DNA of 64,000 nucleotides. Source: Phoronis australis. Taxonomy: Eukaryota; Animalia; Phoronida. The notes under the pieces were generated by a model that was not told the DNA's origin, searched no databases, and was given only the letters and a program-made list of their open reading frames with translations. The translations under genes and the position numbers were made by a program. The stretch lies in contig NMRA01000021.1 of the NCBI GenBank assembly GCA_002633005.1, forward strand, positions 1,457,392 through 1,521,391. Reading direction: 5' to 3'. Every line of letters starts with the position of its first letter. Within the stretch, counting starts at the first letter, position 1. Positions 53,201 to 64,000 of this stretch are shown one piece after another.

Positions 53201-56200
53201 TACATATTACAGTAATATCTATTGTTGAACTATCTACGGTGGTTTAATACACATAGATATGGCTTGGAAATAGGACATGACCTCATTGAAGCTTGTTCGG
53301 TCAATGTAATTCTTAATTGGTAACAAAATTATAAAACTGCAAATTCAATTGGTGCGGTAGTTGAGCTGACATTTCTTAAGGTGATGTACGGTGTAGGACT
53401 CTAGAAAATTATTTCGAAGCATCATTTATAAACGTTGCCGGGCTGATCGGATTCATATGAAACTTTCAGATATTATGCTTTATACATTGTACTTCGAAAC
53501 TCTATTCAGGAATTGTTTTTAAAGTCCTCCACTTTGGCATGAGGGACTGTTAAAAACCGATTTTTATGACTTTCATAGAAAAACTCCAAACTTTCATGAA
53601 GCCAAAACGTAATGATATTTTTTGAGGTCTGATTTTGAAATTTACATCAAATAAAGGTTGATCATGTTATTTTGTTGTCATTGCACCTCTCTTTTTCTAA
53701 ATGTTATTAAAAATACATAACTATGTAACCCAATTAATGACTGATTGCTCAAAAGTCAAAAATCAAATGCTTGCTGCATTTACTTTCAGAAGACACACAT
53801 GCGCACACGCACGCACGCACACACAGTTATTGAGTTAAAATCTATAGTTTTGTAGACATTTGAAAAAATGCGCAGTCTTATCAGTAAGGTCCTACACAAC
53901 CTAAAAGCGCCGCCTTACGGGCCTATCGTGAAATCGTTTTACATTTTTGATTACCTGGGTGCATCTCTATACATGTATGTTTTAAAAAGCCACGCACCCT
54001 AATTACAAAGGTAATTTGCATTTAAAGCAACCTTTCTGTACTCCGTGGGCACGTTTCCAAGGAACTGGCTGAAGTTTCTTTCTGGCTTAAGTCTCAAGAT
54101 TTGTCTCAACTTCCAAACTTTGAAACTCTCACATCCTGTAAGTTATTCAAAATGGAGACAAAACTTAAGTCAAACTTACGATCTCTTTCTTGAAATGGAC
54201 TTGAGAGAAATTTAAGATTTTTCTTAGTTAAGTCAGTTTTCTTGGAACGGCCCCTTGATTACAAAAATTATCGTTTTAGGGCAAAAGCTTCATAATATTA
54301 CTCAACGTCCTTGCTTTTGCATTGTGTGGTATTTTTACATTGGTTTAGATGGAGGCACAATACATAGAACAGTTACCCAAATAAGCCCCCGTTTTGGTTA
54401 CTTTATATTCCAGCATGCAATGTTCGTAGATCAATAAACACAATGACAATTGCTTTTGATTGATTAGGTGATTGATTACAAGCGGTCATAAATCCACGTG
54501 CCATCACAAAAGCTAAGTTTTGATTCAAGCCACTCACCGTAATGGGAGTGGTCTTATATTGTTCCTTATCCACTTTAGAAGTAATTTCAGGTCTATGATT
54601 TTTGAAGGAAGGCAGCATACCATTAAGTAGAAGATTTTAATTTCATACTTTTTATGCAAAAATGCTTGGAATGGACAGAAATTGCGATATTACTGCTAGA
54701 TGTGTTTTGTTTGTTTGGTGCCGAAATAGCAAATGTTCATGTTGAAAGTAGCAGTTTTCTAATTTTTCACAATTTAGTCTTTCTTAGAAGTGTCGAAGGA
54801 CACATTAACACTGGCGCAAACTCAGTATTTTTTATTGTCTATCTGGTGCATCACTTCATGTCTTGTGCCTGTCCGTCGTTATGTGATTAGATATGTCATT
54901 ATATTCCGGGGTAACTTAGTGGAAAACAGCGCCATCTAGCGACGAAGGCCACACCCCTTTCAAATAGATAAATGCAAATTGACATTTACCCTTTCATCGC
55001 TCTTGTCGCAGGTCTCTGTATGTTCCTGGGTTGCGTTATATACCCTGCTGGGTGGGACAACTTGACCGTGAGGAAGGTGTGTGGTACAGAAAGCAAGTAC
55101 ATGCTGGGGGAGTGTCAGATCCGTTGGACCTACATTTTGGCCATGATCGGTATCTTCGACATCGTCGCCTTGACGATACTCTGTTTCGTGTTGGCTAGTC
55201 GCCAGGCCAAGCTCCTTCCGGAAGCATATCCTTTGCCAGAAAAATGTAAGTATAGCGTCAGAGAACGGTAAGCCAACTGAGGAGATGTTACTTGCTTTGA
55301 AAATTTTCTACTCAGGATACACGAATTGGAATTTGAAATAAAACTTACTAGAATTAGCGACCTATTAGCCAGAAAAATATGAAGTTCGCCAGCGAAGCTG
55401 AAATCCGTGAGAGACCGACGCAACGTTGCTAACTCAGGTAAGTTTTATTTCAAATTCCAATATTAGATTCAAATTTTATCTGTGTTTTCTCAACTGGATG
55501 CCTAAAAAATTTCACGCTTTTATAAATTCTGAAGTTTGACAAAACACTTTCATGGTTGTGTCAAAAACTGCCTTTCACACGTCTTTGGTGGCATTTTTTC
55601 ATTCTACATGAGACAATGATACTCCTAAACTTTAGACAGAGCAAGGGTGGGCTTACCCAGTTGTATTTCCATTTCCTGTGTGCCCTGTCACACACGGCTC
55701 GTTTTCAGAACGTCTGTACATGTTGATGAAAGAGACTTGAGGCGGGAACATTTGGTCAAAACATTACTCGAATGTGACACCATGGTCCACGGGTTTCTTA
55801 CGCGGCACAAAAACTGAATCGGGACTTACAGGCTTTGTGCAATCTACGTAAGAAGCCCGTGAACGGTGGTGTCACATTCCAGGCATGTTTCTGGTCAAAG
55901 TTGGTCGTTTCCACCGGTTGCTATCGAGGTTAAGATAGATACAGTCGTTTTGAGAACGATTGGGTGTGACAAAGCCGTAACTGCACGTCTCCATTTCTGT
56001 TGTCAGGTGCTTGACATATGTGTGTTGTGAATCTTGTACCTAACAGCAGACCTCCACTTTTCTAGCTACCAGACTTTAACAGAGGCCCAGGATAACGAGT
56101 TTCGATGGTGTCAACTTGCATTTCGCTAACGAGAGTTAAGGCGAATATAAACCCGCCGTATGCCGAGGAAACTATATTTTGATTTGGACCACTTGCCGCT

Positions 56201-59200
56201 ATAAAATTGGTCTCGGCGTCTTTCTCATTCAAATGAGAAGGGATTTTAGCTTTGCAAGGAACTGACAGTTCGTCATCCTTCGAGACCATAATCGGTGAAT
56301 AAAATGACACCCCGTGGCAAGTCTTGTCTCAAGCAAAGGCGAAGTGTCAGTTCTTTCCAAGCCTGGAAATCACGCCTATTTTGAGTAAGGCACAATTTGA
56401 GATCAATTTTATTTCGCTAAATGGTCTAAATTAAAAACTGTTTATTGTGGCGTAAGGCGGGTTTGTACCCGCTGTATGTGATCTACCTACGGACGAAAAC
56501 CTTTCTGTGCAGAACTGCGCTTTCATAAACTGACGTTGATGTTCTTTGTGATAAATAATTCATAGTAATCCTATTTTAAGTTTCTTAATCACAAAGGAAA
56601 GACCCAGCTTTGAACCATGTTTCATTAAGTAAACCTTTGGAGTAGTTGACGATCTGTTTGCGCCTACGTTGACAACTCGGTTTGCTGAAAATATCTTTCA
56701 AAGACAACAGCTTGAAAAATGACAGCAGTTTGCACAATGGCAATGACGGGCATCATTTTTTTGGATTCAGACATTGCAATGTTTGTGAAAGCAGGTACTG
56801 TCGTAAGCCCATATCTGGTGGAAGTTGCTGGTCTTCAAAAGACTTTAAGGTTACATAGGACCCAAGAAAATGTCCAAAATTAGCTAACTTGGGAACATCG
56901 TATCTCAGTTAGTTTTATATGAAAGTTTCGGACAGCATGCTTGCACTGTTCCTCAAAACACTGTTCGGACTTGTTTTTAAAGTGTTGCTTTTGCACGAGG
57001 GCTATCAATACATGAACTTTATGAAACTAAATCAAAAAAGTTGCATTACACTGAAACATCGTCTTTGAGATTTTATCGTGAATATTTAATCAAATGAAAT
57101 TTAGCCATGCTGTTGATACCGTTGTTCTGATATGAATATGCCTGTGTTTTTGCTCAACTTTAGACAGATGGTCACGTGACCCAATGAACAGTAGATTAAT
57201 GTGAAGTCAAAAATCTAATTTTACTAGCTTTCTTCATTCAGAAATTTTGTAGTTTTGTTGATGTTTGACTAAGTCACTGACTTGTCGATGAGGTCCTACT
57301 TAACCTTAATGCTAAGTTTCAACCGGCACCAGGGTCGTAGGGACGAGTAGGGACGCGTAGGGTGGAGAGGACGTGCAGCCCTATACATTCAACATCAGAG
57401 TCATGGATATTTTTCATCAGCGGATTTTGATGCTTTCAATGGCTTTTACAAAGTCGGGTATCTCTATAATCTATATTATATACCTTGCCACGAGAAAACG
57501 TGTGGCGTTACGTTGATATAAAGACCAGACAAGGCGCAATGCATACATTTCTTTTTCCTATATATAAATATAACATGGCATGTATGATGCACTGATGTTA
57601 AGACCACGTGACGGAACTGGGAATATACCCAGAGTCTGCGTTCCCTTTGTGTCTTCAAAAATTAAGAGGAAAATGTCACCCGCGTGCCCACTCGACTTCA
57701 CGTCTGCCTACGGCCCAGGCTGCATGTCGTTATAACAAGAAATGATGTACATGACATGAAAATATCTCGAAGACTAACTCGATGTTTGCACGTGTGGTGT
57801 TCTAATGTTCTGACATTGACGTTGTTTAACTCTTGTGCGTTGTTTACATCAGTGTCAAGTGTTGAGCAATTTGGACATAGAGGCGTGTTCTATGATTCTT
57901 CAGTCGCTAAGTGCAGTCTATACAAAACAGCACCAATGATGTGACGAAGTTGATTTAGAGAATGTTTGCAACTCAAAAGAGGCAATAGACCCTCTCTGTC
58001 TTCTGTAATGATGTCGGAAGTCGCTTATGAAGACCTGCAAAAGGTTTTATATGTATACGTCCGACATTGCAGTGTGTTACTGACGCTTTTTAACCGCTTT
58101 CTACCCCAGCTCGCCGCCCTAGTTACTCTGGCAGCTACGTGTACAAAGTAGGCAATCTTCGCTTTAGAGGTAAAGATGACGTGCTGTGGTGATCTTTCTG
58201 AAGCTCCCTGTATGGCACTAAGAGCCGCCGTGGAAAACCGCCGATTTAAATGTTTCTCCTGGAAGCTATCCACATTTTTCAGGAGAAAACACTTGAATTT
58301 GCTTTTCATACTGGCATGGGAAAATCCCTTGAGCCGCACAGCTTGTGTATAGCACTTCATTTAATTTTAAGCTACGGAAGGATCACTCGCGTCTGTGCAT
58401 GTTTTTATCACCAGTATTTGCTTGCTTTTTTATTTGAGCGTGATTTTGTACTTCATTTTACATTTCTTTCATGGTTTAAAGCAACAGCATATTATGTTTA
58501 ACAAAAACGTGTCCAATGGAGTAATGTCCTGGTCAGAATGAGGCCTAAACGATAAGACCGTCCTGCTTTTATCAACCTATTTTCACTCCTTGGAGATAAG
58601 TGCAATGTGTGCAAAGTGGATACATATAATTTTAATCTTTTCATCGTCAGGGTGCGCTTATTTTTGATGAGAAGTATATCGTTTTTACAGTTTTTCTCGA
58701 TTTCATGTGTGCCCACGTTCTACATTTTATACAGATATATGGATCTTGCTAATGATCACGTTTGCGTTCAAACTGTACATTCTTGGACGGGATACATTTT
58801 TTTAACAATTTATTGTAAAATATTTTTCTGAACTACGTAGCTATTTCTTAGCCCGGTGCTGTTTCAGCGCTGCTAGGTTGAACTCGGGATATTTGGTAAA
58901 GGAGATATTTTAGTGAGTCAGACTACAGGGGGATCTGGCTGTAGGGTTTCTTGTCCGAAAAAAATTCTGGAGTTGAATTAAAACTCGAGGCCTGTTGCAA
59001 CAAGTGCGGACGCTGCATTTTCACCAGCATAGCGGCAGCACTGTTCGGAGAATCCGGGCGTGCGTTCAGTAGACGCTAGGACCTACGCTAGGACCTAGCC
59101 AAAAGCTAGTCAAGGTCACGTGCTCTTATTTAAAATACACGGCAATATCTCGCGTAATCTCGCAAAGTCTTGCTTTTAAGCTAGGTCCTAGCGTTACTGA

Positions 59201-62200
59201 ACGGGAGGCGGGTTGTAGAAACATGACTTGTCCAACTTCCGGTGTTGCAAAATCGCTTTTGTGAATAGGCCTTTTAGCGTGTAGACAACCGAAATAACGA
59301 ACACAGCGGGGAGGAAATCACGTGACAACTATTGAAGTTTCGGAGTGGCTGTTAGTCGTTTTTTTACTGTTTGATAGGAGACAAACAGTAAATTCTCCAT
59401 GAGAGTGTCTGTTCATACATGTTAGTCGACTGTCCTAAATAATACCAATAGGAAAGTTAAATAATATCACTTTGTATAAAGGGACAGTGATAAACTTCAT
59501 TATTAAAACGACTGAGTTTAGCAACTGTTGTCTGAAGAGTCAGTATAATCGTTTTCTAATAAACTGGACAACAATGAAATTCGAGAGACTATGGCAAACA
59601 AAATTACGACTAAATATCAATTCATTTGCGTCAAGAGTCCATCTCTACTATGGCTAAATCGCGGCAAAATCTCAACAAGTGTTGTTCCGTTCACATTTTT
59701 AAATCGCGACAACTTACTGCCTAAGTACATTTCACAGTCGCGTCACATTCAAACCCGACAGCAGTTGCTGACTCAAAAGTTAGACTTGATTGACAAATAA
59801 GTCTGGAAAGATGTTTATCCAAATTTGGCAAAGTTCTGTCGACGTCTGTCTTGTTTATTTTGAAAACTACTGTAGAAAAATGTCGTCAAAATTCAACATT
59901 GGTTAATATTGCTCAAGCTTAGTCAATATTGTCCAAAACACATGGTGCTGTAGTTAGACGTTTTGTTTGAGTAGTGTCGCGTGGTTTCTATCCGTTGTTC
60001 CAGCATAAGCCTTCTCCTTTCAGATAGAAACGTGCTTTATATCTTCTTCTTGTAAATATGTTTTGTTAACTTTGTTTCACTAACCGTGTGATTTCTTTTC
60101 AATAAACATACTATTTCTTTCTCTGTATTTTCATATATTTGCCGTTGTTGGTTTCTACTGACAATTATCTCAAGAAATACGCTTGTTAACCTTACTGCCG
60201 GGGGTAGGTTCTCAGTGTAACCCGCATGACATGTAATTGTGCTGCGATTAATTGGACGCTCTGCTATCAGGCATCACTAAACAAAATCTCTCAGATCATG
60301 AGTCGAGTAATACTCAGAACTAATGTCGCTAGAATACCAATTATATGTGGCAGTCTTCGGATTCAACTCAAAAGAAATCTCCAACGTTGCAAAAACAACT
60401 TTTTTCAATAGACTTCGACTGCGCGGACATGTATTACGTCACGTCTGGGAGTGGCTGTGAAAGTTGCGACCAAGGTCGGTCTGTGAAAAGTGACTTACTA
60501 AAGACTTATTTAAGTCAGAAATTTGGTCTAACACTCCAAACAACTGATTCAGAAAAATGAGATCTAACCTGAGCGAAAATACAAAGTATTTGATTGACAC
60601 ATTAATTGCTAGGTAAAGTTCTGACAATTGTTAGTAGGTTTTGACGCGCTCATAATTACTAGGATAAATTGTGAATTGAGAGCGTAAGACCAAATTTCTG
60701 TCATTTAAGACTTAAAACTCTTACATGTAAGTCACTTTCATAAAACGGACTGAAGCCTCGTTGGTTAAAGTTGCTGTAATCCGTCAAACAAACGTGCTTG
60801 TGGTTTAGACTGTTGGCGCTTTAAAATTGAGTTAACTGTATCATCACTCCTATGAAAATTAGTTTCTAGGCAGCTCTATATTGCCTAACAGAATGCCCGG
60901 TGCACGTCTCGATGGCCTACCTCGACTGCCAGTTATCTTGAAAACCAAATAAAAGGACAAGTTGAGACGCATTTTATTATTGTAAAAGGTCGACATCGAA
61001 AATTATTTTTTCTGGAAATCGAGTGTACAGCAGCTTTAACACGTGTTAGACGGCCGCTAGAGGTCGCAACTCTCCCATCAGCTTTCAGTGAGAGCATACG
61101 CTCAGCTCCACACGTTGGAACTCATTGATTCTTCAGAATTTAAAGCAAAGGTTGTGTATTACTGTGATTTATTTTATTAGGTGTCACGACACGGACGCAG
61201 TTGTCTTAGATCTGATCACATTTTCCCATTCAATCGTATTATTCTTCAACATTTTAAACCAACCGTGGCATTGAACAGGGTGACCACAATTCAACCGACC
61301 TATAACTCCGAGAATTTTTACTAAGCTGTGCTTTAGAGCACAAAGCCTTATGGCAGTGGGGAACACATCCGTGAAACGAAAGTCCCAGTATATGTGTCGA
61401 GTATTTGAGGCAAGAAATTTTAATTGACCTATGAAATGAAAGAAGTTACATTTCTTACATCCCAAAGTTCAACATAACAGACTCGCCCGACCAATCATAT
61501 TATTGGCGGTCATTTGTTTGTGTAAGCTAGTACGGTCCCAACCAAGCTTACTCGGGAAATACTAACCTTTCACTCACTTGATCTTACGTGGTCTCGCCAA
61601 ACTAGCAAGAAACTCGCGTGAATTTCAATTATCCTATACAATCCGCATCTTATCTCTATGAAAGGTTCCCGCTTCAAACCACGTCCTGTAAGATACCCAC
61701 ATCTCCTTTACAGGAAAATTTTCCCTTCTAAGGCAACACTACTGCGTCCTTAGCCTTTGAATTCAAACTGGTTTAATTAAATCGCATGACGACCCAACTT
61801 CCAAAGCGGCTGAAATTATCCCGCGGTAAGCAGCAAGTGGATGGGCCTGGTCTAAACCATGAAACCTCAACTCCCAATACCTGAAATAGTTTTCAGTCTG
61901 AATAAAGAACAAGATGGGGAGATTTCATTACAATAAATGGCCACAGTCGAAAGTTAGTTTTTGACTGATGGTCCTGGTTCATTGTCACTTTAATGGAAAA
62001 TTGTCATCAGAATTACTCAGTGTTGCTGTGTGCCACGTAAGCCTACACGAGAGATACTTGAACGCATGTCCATTTCAATTCTGTGCAGCTGAACTTGGTA
62101 ACGGATCTGTAAAGGAGAAGAACACGGATCTCTACATGCAGCCGATAATGACAGTGCCGAACCCTCACGACCAAGAGCGCTACTCTGAGTACTCCCACAA

Positions 62201-62249
62201 GTCCGGACATTCCCGAAGATCAGCGAATAGGGGCGACTTTTCTCTGTGA
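50227..62249 (+). CDS. LHFPL3: LHFPL tetraspan (LHFPL3/4/5, TMHS-like) membrane protein, ~267 aa
   Basis: Exons 50227-50635, 55012-55245, 62089-62249, phase-consistent (804 nt). Family motifs YHTNYVRNSRAITVLWG, FIQPHWIGDS..GYFGLY, GCVIYPAGWD, C.IRWTYILA. The symbol is only the nearest vertebrate name; probably co-orthologous to LHFPL3/4/5. Confidence 0.9.
51078..51270. repeat. Degenerate (GAT)n tract with internal duplication
   Basis: atggtgatgggtattgataataat..gatgttggtaacgacgatggga repeated. Confidence 0.8.
51428..53150 (-). mobile_element. Decayed 5'-truncated LINE (CR1/L2/RTEX-like group) with (TTTG)n 3' tail, in LHFPL intron 1
   Basis: QAGFRKGYATVDHIF, FIDFAKAFDRV, LLYADDMVL (52685-52696), PTLCYGAEIWG, then an EDECHF motif; (AAAC)n at 51428-51493 lies at its 3' end. 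Confidence 0.85.
53380..53901. mobile_element. MITE family A copy
   Basis: TTAA|ggtgatgtacggtgtaggactctagaaaat ... GGTCCTACACAACC|taaa; internal blocks similar to the other copies. Confidence 0.6.
54047..54255. mobile_element. PIF/Harbinger-like MITE
   Basis: gggcacgtttccaaggaactggct ... agtcagttttcttggaacggcccc inverted termini. Confidence 0.5.
55683..55975. mobile_element. Palindromic (foldback) MITE, Harbinger-like termini
   Basis: gccctgtcacac..gtgtgacaaagc termini; nested inverted blocks gaatgtgacacc/ggtgtcacattc and cacgggtttcttacg/cgtaagaagcccgtg. Confidence 0.55.
56139..56475. mobile_element. Palindromic foldback element
   Basis: taaacccgccgtatgcc / ggcgtaaggcgggttt and gaactgacagttcg / cgaagtgtcagttc nested inverted repeats. 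Confidence 0.5.
56849..57305. mobile_element. TTAA-targeting MITE family A (Kolobok-like), best-preserved copy
   Basis: TTAA|GGTTACATAGGACC ... GGTCCTACTTAACC|TTAA; 12/14 TIR match and perfect TTAA flanks. Confidence 0.8.
59057..59209. mobile_element. Small MITE/foldback
   Basis: cgttcagtagacgctaggacctagc ... gctaggtcctagcgttactgaacg inverted repeat. Confidence 0.5.
60474..60750. mobile_element. MITE with imperfect TIRs
   Basis: ggtcggtctgtgaaaagtgacttac ... gtaagtcactttcataaaacggac. Confidence 0.45.
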
Positions 62250-64000
62250 TGTGACCAGTCGTTTAGCATCAGCACCGGATGAAGCTTGCTTAATTTGAAA
62301 TATTTGTCAGACACTGGAGCGCCCTGCTTTCAAATTCAAGGTTCAAAACCAACAAACTGTATTCGAATCTCGCCTCAAAATCTATCAAACATCATCGCGA
62401 ACTTTCACGCGATGTGATTGCCAACGGCGTTTGAGTAAAGTCTCGAGTACAGTTTAACAATCTCTGTTCAACGTTTTACTTCTCATTGTTTGCATTGTTT
62501 CGATTTGAACTCAATGGGAACACGTGACTGATTTCGACGGTTCCGCTGGATTGGCAACCGGCGAAGGGATTCCGGCTTGCAGACCAATCGGATGTCTTAG
62601 GCGCATGAACCTGCGGATGCGGCGAAGACAATCGAGTGCAGACATTATCAGAATCAGACTACTCTTTCTCCTCAAATTGGGGCCAGTGAATCGCCAATGT
62701 TTAATTGAATTGCATTTAACTTAAGACAAGTTTGTACTTCAATAGCGTTTTGTTTATATGCAGTGAAATGAAACAAATATTGCCTGTTCCACTGCAACCG
62801 TGAAATCAAATTGCTTTCAAGTTTTCAGATGCACAGTTATGACTAGTGCACAACATTTGGTTTTCTTGTCTTTTGAAAAATTTTGTGGAGTAATTCACAA
62901 CATCTCTTCGGATTTAAAGATACTCTTTCCGTTGCATACGCCAAGTTAAACCACAGGATAAGTTTCATCAGTCGAACAACATTACTAAAATATAAACATT
63001 AAATAACGTTCAGCCTCGTTTGTGTTTGCATCATTGCACCTTTAACTGAAAAAACCGGGCGTGGCTTTCGCAGAAACCTCATCACGTATGGCGGCAGTTG
63101 AACGAGTAACCATAATATACGAGTCAACGGCCATAGGTGGTGGTGAGTCAGCAAAAAGTTAACTAAAATCTTCACTTTACGTTCAGTTGAATTTGAAGAT
63201 ATTTGGAGTTGTGTTGAATGTGCATCATTTGGACTTAAGCTTCGACTGGAGTAACTTGCGTTAAATAGAAACGGAATGAGTATCGTTAAGCAGTGCACAG
63301 TGTAACCCGAAAAACGAGAACTCGTAATTTCCGGTCATCGGTATGGAAATTCATTATAGTTTATTATTTTGGAATACACCGAAGGCGTTCTTTGAGTTTT
63401 TGTTTTATATTTGATGGAAGTGTTTGAACTATGATCACTAACGTAGCTATTTCATTAACAAAAATAGTCGGTGCTGAAAAGTTGACTGTAATGTGAAATC
63501 TATTTGCTGCATGTTACGTTCAAAATATTTCGATTTTTACGGATTGTAAAGTCTAGTGATTTGTATTCTATACGAGCGTAAAACTAAGTATGCGCGTTTT
63601 GTGTAAAACTATATATATACTGTTTTCATTGCTATTCATATAAAATATTTGAAGGAGTTTGAAACTGCTTTACGGAGGTTGACTTAACGATACACTTTAA
63701 CTCGTACCTATAAACAGTGGGTAGACACTAGTATAATGCTTTTAACCCTTAAGTGCCATATATGGATTTATACCACTACATCGCCTATCTGATCACGAAA
63801 ACCACGACATTTTATATCTCAAAGATAAATCTGAATATCTTGCTTCTGCTGATTTTTTATACTCGGGATTATTTTGTACATTGTGCGTTTTTTATAGGCT
63901 CTAAATTCTAAAGCCCTCTCTACACACTGATTTTTCGTACATGTGACCTTGTATACGACTCTCGTGTCGGATCATGTGGATATGTTTTCCGGTTTGACCA

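Overview
Animal (probably invertebrate) AT-rich genomic DNA with four intron-containing genes, spliced by hand from GT-AG sites and reading phase. They are the 3' 12 coding exons of ST7 (+), a complete TTI1 (+, ~1038 aa), a convergent ankyrin-repeat gene (-) apparently ending in a polybasic CaaX box, and an LHFPL/TMHS-family tetraspan gene (+). Introns and spacers hold two decayed LINEs, a THAP-bearing Kolobok-like foldback element, a 5-copy TTAA-targeting MITE family, other MITEs and minisatellites. Two local duplications abut single Ns and may be assembly artefacts. The main unexplained signal is a ~260-nt GC-rich, multi-helix, U4-terminated sequence on the minus strand (25890-26150), head-to-head with TTI1. 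It is a candidate structured ncRNA that I cannot assign to a known family. No searches were run; family assignments rest on recalled motifs.
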